Shown: positions 17,599 to 26,574 of the stretch, in pieces
Numbering within the stretch: the stretch's first letter is position 1
Layout of the letters: the number at the start of each line of letters is the position of its first letter
Assembly: GCA_045646345.1 (NCBI GenBank)
Contig: JAZRKN010000004.1
Span: 1-40,130 of the forward strand
Length of the DNA stretch: 40,130 nucleotides
Direction of reading: 5' to 3'
DNA from: Candidatus Scatovivens sp.
GTDB lineage: Bacteria > Bacillota > Clostridia > TANB77 > CAG-508
The notes under the pieces: generated by a model
What the model saw: only the letters and a program-made list of their open reading frames with translations
Databases searched by the model: none
Told to the model about the DNA's origin: nothing
Translations under genes and position numbers: made by a program

Positions 17599-19392
17599 TT
17601 GGCAATGTTAGATGATGATACAATAGACGAATTGGTTGAAAAAATTGCTCCTAATGTAAAATATGACAGAAATAGCATTACAGTATCATTAGGAGAAATG
17701 CCAAAAGATGATCCGATTTTAAAACTAGATGAATCAAAAACATTCGAAACGTTTTCAACATTATTATTAAAAGATTCGCGAGATATGGATATTGTTACTT
17801 TTTTGGAAAGAATGGCTGTTTTACAAGATAAATTTAATCTTTCAGATGTTCAAATAGATTTTTTGTTGACAAAATATAATATAAAGAAATTTGCTGATTC
17901 AAATGAAGTTGTAAAATTAAATTCAGCTATAAAATCAAATTTTCCACTGTTTAGAGCTTTATATGAAATAGAAAGACAAAGAGAACGAGACACAGTGTCT
18001 ACAAGAGAAAATACTTTTAGAAAAATAGATAAAAATAGGTATTTAGAAATTCGTGACAATCAAAAATTTCTTCTAGAGATTGGAGAAAATGGAGAAATTG
18101 TTGAGGAAGAAATTAAATATGGAAGTAATGTTATATTTAGAGGTAGTGAAAGATTAGAAATAAATTATACTAATGGCATGGAAGATGTGAAAGTTGTTAT
18201 AAACGGTAAAAAGATAATACCTGGAAAACCAATATCTTTTAGAGAAATCAAAGATACAACTTTAGGTTATTCAATATTAAAAATAGTAGAAGAAAAAGCA
18301 GAAGCAAATGAATATCTTGAAATTTTAGATGATGCACCAAACCCTTATAGATTTGAGGGGGTTAGATATTCCGGAGAAGTAGATAAAAGAAGTAGAAAAA
18401 TAGATTTTGAAAAACTAATAAAAGACTTACAAAGTATACAAAAAGGAATCCCAGAAGGCATAAGACAAGAGTTGTTTAATGAAATATTATTCTCTTTGCT
18501 AGATAAAACTTATGGAACAAATTTGGAAAAAAGTGATGATATTGCAGAAGTATATTTTGAAATTAGATATAATTTTGAAGTGATGTTTGACAACACTAGA
18601 AGTAATAATAATCAAAAAAGATTTTTAGAAAGAATGGAGTACTCTGCTGAGCACTTGAATAGAATAAGAAATGAAAGAATTGAAGAAAGTGCTAAAACAG
18701 TAGCTATATCATTTGAAACTCCAGAAGCGCAAAAAAAATATTTAGAACATCTAAATCAAGAAAAAAAGAGAGCAGAAATAGAAGAAAATCAAAAATTACA
18801 ATTAAAAGTAATTAATTTTGGTTATAATAATTATATTGAGTATGAAGACAGAACAACTGAAGAATTACCATATGAATTAGCTGGTATTTATACAACCGAC
18901 GATATAGATACAAGAGCGAGAAAGATAAAAATAACAGATTTTGCTGATTCAATAACAGAATTTTTAGAAGAAATTCCAGAAGATAAAAAAGAATATTTTT
19001 TTGGAACAATTTTCGATAAAATGATAGAGAGAGCATATAGAATTAGTAAAAAAGATCTAAATAATGATAAGGATTTAAATAGAGCTACATTAAATATTAG
19101 AGATGCATTAAATTCAAGAGTATTTGGTAATGTAGAAATTGATGAGGAAAGCCTAAAGGATGATTTTGAATTATTAAATAAATTTCATAAAGAACTAGCA
19201 GAGTCTAATAAAGCTCATTCTATGATTGGATTCGAAAATGAAAACACTAGAAAAATGTTTGAAGTGATTTCAAAAATTGTTGAAACAGGAGCTACAGAAG
19301 GGGAAATGGGAAATCAGCTAAGATCATTAATAGAAATACATAATGATATGATAAAAAATGATGATTCTAAAAAAGATTTAAAAGAAAAATAA
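17599..19392 (+). CDS. C-terminal part of the same large protein (frame open from 17470); contains two homologous ~145-aa domains
   Basis: No RBS before TTG 17599 or ATG 17605; the open frame overlaps the end of the upstream ORF; internal repeat visible. Confidence 0.7.
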   Translation: MAMLDDDTIDELVEKIAPNVKYDRNSITVSLGEMPKDDPILKLDESKTFETFSTLLLKDSRDMDIVTFLERMAVLQDKFNLSDVQIDFLLTKYNIKKFADSNEVVKLNSAIKSNFPLFRALYEIERQRERDTVSTRENTFRKIDKNRYLEIRDNQKFLLEIGENGEIVEEEIKYGSNVIFRGSERLEINYTNGMEDVKVVINGKKIIPGKPISFREIKDTTLGYSILKIVEEKAEANEYLEILDDAPNPYRFEGVRYSGEVDKRSRKIDFEKLIKDLQSIQKGIPEGIRQELFNEILFSLLDKTYGTNLEKSDDIAEVYFEIRYNFEVMFDNTRSNNNQKRFLERMEYSAEHLNRIRNERIEESAKTVAISFETPEAQKKYLEHLNQEKKRAEIEENQKLQLKVINFGYNNYIEYEDRTTEELPYELAGIYTTDDIDTRARKIKITDFADSITEFLEEIPEDKKEYFFGTIFDKMIERAYRISKKDLNNDKDLNRATLNIRDALNSRVFGNVEIDEESLKDDFELLNKFHKELAESNKAHSMIGFENENTRKMFEVISKIVETGATEGEMGNQLRSLIEIHNDMIKNDDSKKDLKEK

Positions 19393-19421
19393 AAGAAGCA
19401 TTGATAAATGCTTCTTTTATT
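19388..19421. terminator. Bidirectional terminator between convergent genes
   Basis: AATAAAAGAAGCATT-gata-AATGCTTCTTTTATT. Confidence 0.85.
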
Positions 19422-19422
19422 T

Positions 19423-20847
19423 TTATCTGTGTAATAATTCTTGTTTTAAATTCCATAAATTTTGAGATAAATCAACAAAATATTTATGAGGATTATCTAT
19501 ACGTTTAATTTCATCCCAGATTGTTTCTAAGTCTTTTTTTGAATATTCAGCAATTTCTTTTAAAGAAGGTGATGAATAAATTAACTTGCCATTTTCGAAT
19601 ATTTTTGTTTGTAATTCTTTTACATAATAATCTTTTAAAATTTTTCTTTTCCATGTATTAGCTGGATCAAAAATTGTATATTCACCTTCTAAAACTTCTT
19701 CATTATGAAGTGTAATTAGATCAGCAAGAGCCATATTTGTTTCTTTAGAATAAAATCTAAATACTTTTTTGAAACTAGGATTTGTAACTTTCGCAACGTT
19801 TTCACTAATTTTGATTTTTGGAATAATATTTCCATTTTTTTCCATAGCAACTAATTTATAAACACCACCAAAAACAGGATCACTTTTTGCGGTAATTAAA
19901 TTTTCGCCAACACCAAATAAGTCTATTTTTGCATCTTGTTCAAAAAGAGAGGCGATAAGTCTTTCATCAAGAGAATTAGTTGCACAAATTTTGCAATCTG
20001 TATAACCAGCGTCATCTAACATTTTTCTAGCTGCTTTTGAAAGATAAGCTAAATCACCACTATCTAATCTAATAGCAACAGGTCTGGCTCCAAGTGGTTT
20101 TAAAATTTCATCCGCAACACGAATTGCGTTAGGAACACCTGATTCTAAAGTGTTATAAGTATCTACTAAAAATGTACAACTATTTGGATATATTTCGGCA
20201 TAGGCTTTAAATGCGTCGTATTCTGTATCGAAACTTTGAATCCAGCTATGAGCCATAGTTCCACTAACTGGAACATCGAAATTTTGAGCTGAAGCTGTAC
20301 AAGAAGTACCAATTGCACCACCTATAATAGCAGCTCTTGCTCCATATATAGCTGCGTCTGAACCATGGGCACGTCTTGCTCCGAATTCCATTACAGGTTT
20401 TCCTTTTGCTTGATTTACAATTCTTCTTGTTTTAGTGGCAATAAGACTTTGATGATTAACACATAAAAGGAAAAAAGTTTCTAAAAGTTGAGCTTCGATA
20501 ATTGGAGCTTTAACAGTAATCAATGGTTCACCAGGAAATACAACAGTACCTTCTGGAACAGCCCAAATATCACCAGTAAATTTGAAGTTACGAAGATATT
20601 CTAAAAAATCGTCAGAAAACATATTTCTTTCTTTTAAATAAGATATATCCTCTTCAGAAAATTGTAAATTTTCAATAAAATCTATAATTTGTTTTAACCC
20701 AGCGAATATAGCGAAACCACCATCGTCTGGAACTCTTCTAAAGAAAACATCAAAATAAGCTATATCATTCATATTTTTTTGAAAATAGCCATTACTCATA
20801 GTAAATTCATAAAAATCAGCGATCATTTCTAAATTTCTTTTGTCCAT
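19423..20847 (-). CDS. pncB: Nicotinate phosphoribosyltransferase
   Basis: DFYEFTM, EFGARRAHG, GTMAHSW, LVDTYNTL, IRLDSGDL, GGVYKL. Confidence 0.97.
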   Translation of the reverse strand: MDKRNLEMIADFYEFTMSNGYFQKNMNDIAYFDVFFRRVPDDGGFAIFAGLKQIIDFIENLQFSEEDISYLKERNMFSDDFLEYLRNFKFTGDIWAVPEGTVVFPGEPLITVKAPIIEAQLLETFFLLCVNHQSLIATKTRRIVNQAKGKPVMEFGARRAHGSDAAIYGARAAIIGGAIGTSCTASAQNFDVPVSGTMAHSWIQSFDTEYDAFKAYAEIYPNSCTFLVDTYNTLESGVPNAIRVADEILKPLGARPVAIRLDSGDLAYLSKAARKMLDDAGYTDCKICATNSLDERLIASLFEQDAKIDLFGVGENLITAKSDPVFGGVYKLVAMEKNGNIIPKIKISENVAKVTNPSFKKVFRFYSKETNMALADLITLHNEEVLEGEYTIFDPANTWKRKILKDYYVKELQTKIFENGKLIYSSPSLKEIAEYSKKDLETIWDEIKRIDNPHKYFVDLSQNLWNLKQELLHR

Positions 20848-20879
20848 AAATAAATCTCCATTCTTAATTTATTACAAAT

Positions 20880-20946
20880 AGTATATTGCTAATAAAATAT
20901 AGAGTCAATAGAATAACTTGACTTTAAGTATTAAAAGTAGTATACT
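20880..20946. promoter_or_regulatory. Back-to-back divergent sigmaA promoters (pncB and the NAGPA gene)
   Basis: Minus strand: TTGACT (20908-03), 17 nt, TATACT (20885-80). Plus strand: TTGACT (20918-23), 17 nt, TATACT (20941-46). Confidence 0.7.
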
Positions 20947-21059
20947 ACGCGAATGTGAATATTATGAAATTATTAATTTCTAAAAAATTCTATAGACAAA
21001 AATATTGTTTTTGTATAAAATAAATATGTTAAGTTTTTAGCAAAGAAAGGATTTACAAA

Positions 21060-22232
21060 ATGGAAAATTATACAATAGATAAAGAAGTAGAAAGTGTAAG
21101 AATAGGAAGAAGAACAAATAAAAGCAGAATAGAAAACAACAGAAAAAATTCAGGAAATTCTAAAAAATCTATAATAACAAAAATTTTAACAACATTATTT
21201 ACTTTAGGAACAATTGGAATAATTGTTGTTTTATTTTTGCTATATGGACCATGGAGTGGCTTTAGAGAATGGCTTGTTACAACGGCGATGACTACAATGA
21301 CGCATCAATATTTTGCAACATGGTTTTATGATGAAGAAACAATTAAATATGTATTAGATAAAAATAAGATAGTTGAAATTGATGAATTAACAGATGTTAA
21401 TGCAATATCAACTGAAAAACAAGAAGATGTTGTTACTTATGAAAATGAATACGAAAGAGCAATATTAGAAAGAGATCCAAATAATAATGACTATAAAATA
21501 ATTGAAATTTCAGAGAAAAAATTTGATGGATATTTAGTTGCTGTATACGAACCATCAAGAGTAAAAACATTAGTTACAGCAAATATTGGAACTTCAGGAC
21601 AATATGTAACAACAATGGCAAAAAACAATGATGCACTAATTGCTATAAATGGTGGTGGATTTGATGATCCTAACTTTAATAGTACAGGTGGTTCTCCACT
21701 AGGAATAACAGTTCGCGATGGAGTATATATGACTACAAAAGCTTACGGTGGATCAGGAGGAGTAATTGGTTTCACTGAAGAAGATAAATTAGTTTTAGGA
21801 AAAATGTCTGTATCAAAAGCAAAAGAATTAGGAATAAGAGATGCAGTTACATTTGGACCATTCTTAATAGTAAATGGAAAAGCTTCGGAAGTATTAGGAA
21901 ATGGAGGATGGGGAACAGCTCCAAGAACAGCAATTGCTCAAAGACAAGATGGAATAGTATTATTCTTAGTAGTAGATGGTAGAACAGCAACAAAACCTGG
22001 TGCTGATATGGATGACTTAATTGAAATATTACAAAACTACGGAGCATATAATGCAGCAAATTTAGATGGAGGAACATCAAGCGTTTTAGTTGTAAACAAT
22101 ATAATAGTTAATGACCCAATAGATAGTACAGGTGCTCATAAAACAAGACCAATTGCTACAGGCTTCATGGTAACAAAGGACGAAAGTGATGATAGCGATC
22201 ATACTTTGGTACAAGATAAAATAAGCGAATAA
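21060..22232 (+). CDS. Phosphodiester glycosidase (NAGPA-like) family membrane-anchored protein
   Basis: TM helix; AINGGGF, FGPFLIVNG, APRTAIAQ, VVDGR, AANLDGGTS. Confidence 0.9.
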   Translation: MENYTIDKEVESVRIGRRTNKSRIENNRKNSGNSKKSIITKILTTLFTLGTIGIIVVLFLLYGPWSGFREWLVTTAMTTMTHQYFATWFYDEETIKYVLDKNKIVEIDELTDVNAISTEKQEDVVTYENEYERAILERDPNNNDYKIIEISEKKFDGYLVAVYEPSRVKTLVTANIGTSGQYVTTMAKNNDALIAINGGGFDDPNFNSTGGSPLGITVRDGVYMTTKAYGGSGGVIGFTEEDKLVLGKMSVSKAKELGIRDAVTFGPFLIVNGKASEVLGNGGWGTAPRTAIAQRQDGIVLFLVVDGRTATKPGADMDDLIEILQNYGAYNAANLDGGTSSVLVVNNIIVNDPIDSTGAHKTRPIATGFMVTKDESDDSDHTLVQDKISE

Positions 22233-22400
22233 AATACATAAATAAGAACCTCTTTTGTTAAATAAAAGAGGTTTTTTATATTTATAAAATTCACTAAAAA
22301 ATCATACGTTTTACTTGTTAATTTTTGCAAAATATATTGATTTATGAACCTATTTAAAATATAATGTAAACGAATTTCAAAAGAAAAATAGAGGAAAAAT

Positions 22401-23903
22401 ATGCCAAATTTTAATGATAGTTTTTACGAAAAAAAGAAGTTTTTTAGTCGTAGTAATATAGCATTAGTTTTTATAATATTATTAGTTATAGTAATCGGTA
22501 TTTTTATAGTTGCAATAAGAACACTTTATAAAAATCAACAAACTACAGACAAAATACAATCTGGTGTTTTTATTAAAGGAATAAATGTTTCTGGATTAAC
22601 TAAAAAAGAAGCAATAGAAATGGTTGACGCAGAATTAGATAAACAAATGAATGATCATATAGAGCTTATTTATAAAAATAACAGTTACTATGTAGAAGTT
22701 GAACAAATTAATGCTAAATTTGATATCGAATCCTCAGTAGATTATGCGTTTAATATTGCCAAGTCAGGAGATTTTTTAAAAGATCTAAACGAATATTTAG
22801 TAGTATTAATGACCAATATAGAAATAGAACCTAAATTAACATATAATGATGAGCAATTAACTAATTATTTAAAAACAATAGAATCATATCTACCAGATCA
22901 ATTAGTACAACACGGTTATTATGTTGATGATGGAAATTTAGTGGTAACAAATGGTATTAATGGTGCTGGAATTGAAATAGAAGAACTAAAAGAGACAATA
23001 ATAGCTGCAATACAAGATATTAGTTATTCAAATTCTTATATACAGATACCAACATATGTTCAATACCCAGATCCTATAAATGTTGACGCAATACATGAAG
23101 ATATCTTTAGGGAACCACAAAATGCATATTTTACAACAGAACCTTATGCAGTTTTTGCTGATGTTACTGGTATAGATTTTGATAAAGAACATTTAAATAA
23201 TATGATTGCAGAAAATCCAGAAGCTGAAGAATATGAGATTGAATTAAAATATTCAAAAGCTGATTTAACAGTACAAGACTTAGGAATGGAAGCATTCCCA
23301 AATTTGTTGGGATCTTGGTCTACAACGTATGTGAATAATCCGGATAGAACAACAAATTTAAAACTTGCTGCAGGTAAAATAGATGGAACAGTTGTAATGC
23401 CAGGAGAGGTTTTCTCTTATAACAAAGTTGTTGGAAAAAGAACAATAGCCGCTGGTTATAAAAATGCAGCAATATATCAAGACGGAGAAGTAACAGATGG
23501 TCTTGGTGGAGGAATTTGCCAAATATCTACAACGCTATATAATGCAGCAATAGATGCAGGAATGCTAATTGAAGAAAGAAGAAACCACATGTTTGTTCCT
23601 ACTTATGCAGATGCGGGAAAAGATGCTACAGTGGTTTGGGGTTCAACTGATTTTAAATTTGAAAATAGAAGAGCATATCCAGTAAAAATAGAGACTTCAG
23701 TACAAAATGGAGTTGCAAAAGTTAAAATATATGGTTTAAAAACTAACGAAGATTATGATATATATAATTTATCTCTTGGAACAAATGTAGTAAAATCTAC
23801 AAATTCAAGTTTAGTAGTTGAATCATTTAGAGTATATAAAGATGATGATGGAAATATAGTTAGAAAAGATAAACTATATACAGATACTTATAAAAAACAT
23901 TAA
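22401..23903 (+). CDS. VanW-family protein with an N-terminal anchor and putative peptidoglycan-binding region
   Basis: RTTNLKLAA, PGEVFSYNKVVG, GGGICQISTTLYNA, ERRNH, GKDATV, DFKFEN. Confidence 0.9.
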   Translation: MPNFNDSFYEKKKFFSRSNIALVFIILLVIVIGIFIVAIRTLYKNQQTTDKIQSGVFIKGINVSGLTKKEAIEMVDAELDKQMNDHIELIYKNNSYYVEVEQINAKFDIESSVDYAFNIAKSGDFLKDLNEYLVVLMTNIEIEPKLTYNDEQLTNYLKTIESYLPDQLVQHGYYVDDGNLVVTNGINGAGIEIEELKETIIAAIQDISYSNSYIQIPTYVQYPDPINVDAIHEDIFREPQNAYFTTEPYAVFADVTGIDFDKEHLNNMIAENPEAEEYEIELKYSKADLTVQDLGMEAFPNLLGSWSTTYVNNPDRTTNLKLAAGKIDGTVVMPGEVFSYNKVVGKRTIAAGYKNAAIYQDGEVTDGLGGGICQISTTLYNAAIDAGMLIEERRNHMFVPTYADAGKDATVVWGSTDFKFENRRAYPVKIETSVQNGVAKVKIYGLKTNEDYDIYNLSLGTNVVKSTNSSLVVESFRVYKDDDGNIVRKDKLYTDTYKKH

Positions 23904-23917
23904 AAAGGATGTATGAA

Positions 23918-24574
23918 ATGAGAATTAGAAGAAAAAAATGGGCAGCAAAAGAATTAGAAGAAGCAAAATTTTATATTGATAAGCCAGAAGAATTTAAAGG
24001 AAAATGGCAAGAAAAATTTACTAAAAAACAACCATTATATATTGAACTAGGTTGTGGCAAAGGTTTGTTTATGGCAAATTTAGCATCAAAACATAGAGAT
24101 ATAAATTATATTGCTGTAGATATGATAGAAGCAATGTTAGGGTTATCAAAAAGAAATATTGAAACTTGTTATAATTTTGAGTACCCAGAAAATTTATATT
24201 TAATACGTGCAAATGTAGAAAGATTAACTGATGTTTTTGAAAAAGCAGACTTAGTTGATAGAATTTATATAAATTTCTGTAATCCTTGGCCAAAGAAAAA
24301 ACATAACAAAAAAAGATTAACTCATCCAAGACAATTAGTTCAATACAAAGAATTATTAACTGAAGATGGTAAAATATATTTTAAAACAGATTCAGATGAA
24401 TTATTTGAAGCAAGTTTAGAATATTTCCAAGAAGCAGGATTTGAAATAATTTCAAAAACATATGACTTGCATAACGAAATGATTTTCGAAGAAAATGTTG
24501 TAACAGAACATGAAAAGATGTTTTCGGATGAAGGAATAAAAATAAAAGCATTAATTGCTACAGTAAAAAAATAA
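23918..24574 (+). CDS. trmB: tRNA (guanine-N7)-methyltransferase
   Basis: MRIRRKKWA, IELGCGKG, NFCNPWPKKKHNKKRLTH, FKTD, TEHEKMF. ATG 23909 is an alternative start. Confidence 0.95.
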   Translation: MRIRRKKWAAKELEEAKFYIDKPEEFKGKWQEKFTKKQPLYIELGCGKGLFMANLASKHRDINYIAVDMIEAMLGLSKRNIETCYNFEYPENLYLIRANVERLTDVFEKADLVDRIYINFCNPWPKKKHNKKRLTHPRQLVQYKELLTEDGKIYFKTDSDELFEASLEYFQEAGFEIISKTYDLHNEMIFEENVVTEHEKMFSDEGIKIKALIATVKK

Positions 24575-24682
24575 AAGCCGTAAAAACGGTTTTTTATCGT
24601 GTTATTAATTTTAAAATAATTTAGATTATTTTAAGATAATATATATTTAAAATACATACAAAATATAAAGGAGGACAAGACT

Positions 24683-25879
24683 TTGATAGAAGTTAAGAAT
24701 GTTACTAAAAGATATGGTGATTTTTATGCAGTTAGAAACATAAATTTCGAAATCAAAGATGGTGAAATAGTTGGCTTTTTAGGTCGTAATGGTGCTGGAA
24801 AATCTACAACAATGAACATGATTACAGGCTTTATAGAACCAACAGAAGGAGAAATAATAGTAGATGGTTATAACATTGATGAAAATCCAAAAAAAGTAAA
24901 ATCTCAAATTGGATATATGCCAGAAGGGACACCCCTTTACTATGACTTAACTGTTAAAGAATTTATTAGCTATATGGCTGATTTAAAATTAATACCTAGA
25001 AAAGAGCGTAAAATTGCAGTTGAAAATGCAATTAAAAGTACTGGACTAGAAAAGGTTCAAAATAATCTAACAAAAAATTTATCTAGAGGATATAAACAAA
25101 GAGTTAGTTTAGCTGGAGCTATAGTAGGAAATCCAAAAATATTAATTTTAGATGAACCAACAGTGGGATTAGATCCAAAGCAAGTTATAGAAATAAGAGA
25201 ATTAATAAAATCTTTTAGAAAAGATCATACAGTATTAATTAGTTCTCATATTCTTTCTGAAATAAGTCAAATTTGTGAGAAAGTTGTAATAATTGATAAA
25301 GGTGAAATTGTTGCAGTTGATACTCCAGAAAATCTAGAAAATAAAACTGCAGAGAAAAATATTTTAACTGTTATTGTTGATGAACTAGATAGTAAATTTG
25401 AAACAATAAAAGATGAAATCAAAGAAATTAGCAATGTAAAATTAGTTAAAGAAAATGAAGAAGAAAATTCGAAAGAATATTTGGTTGAAGTTCAAGGAAA
25501 ATCAGATATAAGAAAAAAACTTTTTGCGGCATGTGCAAAAAATGAAATAACAATTTTAGAAATGAAAAAAGCAGAATCTTCATTGGAAGATGCATTTATC
25601 AAAATTGTTGAAGAAAGACCAGAATTTAGTCAAAAAGAAATTAGAAAAATACAATATGATAAAGAAATAGAAGAATTAAGAGAAGAAGAAAATTTAAGAA
25701 AGCAAGAAAAAGCAAATAGAAAGCTTGCTGTAAAAGAAGAAAAAGCTCGTAGAAGAGCTGCTAAGGAAGCAAAAAAAGCAAAAAAAGAGGCTGAAAAAGA
25801 AGCCAAGAAAAAATTAAAAGAAGAGAAAAAAGCTTCAAAAGAAAATAAAGAAGAATCAAAAGAAGGAGGGGATAAATAA
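24683..25879 (+). CDS. ABC transporter ATP-binding protein (GldA-like) with a Lys/Glu-rich C-terminal tail
   Basis: GRNGAGKST, LSRGYKQR, LILDEPTVGLDP, SSHIL. Confidence 0.93.
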   Translation: MIEVKNVTKRYGDFYAVRNINFEIKDGEIVGFLGRNGAGKSTTMNMITGFIEPTEGEIIVDGYNIDENPKKVKSQIGYMPEGTPLYYDLTVKEFISYMADLKLIPRKERKIAVENAIKSTGLEKVQNNLTKNLSRGYKQRVSLAGAIVGNPKILILDEPTVGLDPKQVIEIRELIKSFRKDHTVLISSHILSEISQICEKVVIIDKGEIVAVDTPENLENKTAEKNILTVIVDELDSKFETIKDEIKEISNVKLVKENEEENSKEYLVEVQGKSDIRKKLFAACAKNEITILEMKKAESSLEDAFIKIVEERPEFSQKEIRKIQYDKEIEELREEENLRKQEKANRKLAVKEEKARRRAAKEAKKAKKEAEKEAKKKLKEEKKASKENKEESKEGGDK

Positions 25880-26559
25880 TGTTTGCTGTAATGAAAAAAG
25901 AATTAAAGAGTTATCTATTATCTCCAATAGGATATATTTTTACAGGACTATTCCTATTAATATTTAGTTTATTCTTTTATGCAAATATATTTTTAGTTCG
26001 TACTGTAAGATTTGAATTTTTATTTGCAGAAGGAGCAACAATATTGACTTTTGTTATTCCGCTTTTAACAATGAGAATGTTTTCAGAAGAAAGAAAAAAT
26101 GGAACAGAACAATTAATAATTACATCGCCAAGAAATATTTTTTCAATTGTGTGTGGTAAGTTTTTGGCAGCTGCCATAATAGTTGCTATAACAGAGATAT
26201 TAACACTAATATATTTTGCAATATTAAATTTCTTTGGAAAACCATCTCTAGAAGTTGCTTTAACAACGTTATTTGGATTCTTTTTACTTAGTTTATCATA
26301 TATATCTTTTGGTATGTTTGCATCAAGTTTAACTGAAAATCAAATTGTTGCTGCAGTAATTACGATATGTATTTTTATGGCAATTTGGTTTTTACCATAC
26401 ACATATGAAGCATTAAATGTTTTTTCAGTAATGCTTGCGTTTGAAGATTTCTTCTATGGATTAGTATCTGTAGAATCAATAATTAAACTTATATCTTTTG
26501 CTTTAATATTTATACTACTAACCGTAGTATCATTACAAAGAAGAAAAAGTATTAAATAA
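25879..26559 (+). CDS. ABC-2 permease (GldF-like)
   Basis: KELKSYLLSPIGY, PLLTMRMFSEERKNGTEQL, SSLTENQIVAA; about 6 TM helices; TAATG overlap with the upstream gene. Confidence 0.9.
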   Translation: MFAVMKKELKSYLLSPIGYIFTGLFLLIFSLFFYANIFLVRTVRFEFLFAEGATILTFVIPLLTMRMFSEERKNGTEQLIITSPRNIFSIVCGKFLAAAIIVAITEILTLIYFAILNFFGKPSLEVALTTLFGFFLLSLSYISFGMFASSLTENQIVAAVITICIFMAIWFLPYTYEALNVFSVMLAFEDFFYGLVSVESIIKLISFALIFILLTVVSLQRRKSIK

Positions 26560-26574
26560 AAAGGGAGGGATATA

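Noticed and set aside
15037-23903. VanY-like and VanW-like genes as a vancomycin-resistance cluster
   Set aside because: There is no vanA/B ligase, vanH, vanX or vanRS. The two genes are 6.5 kb apart and both families are common housekeeping envelope proteins.
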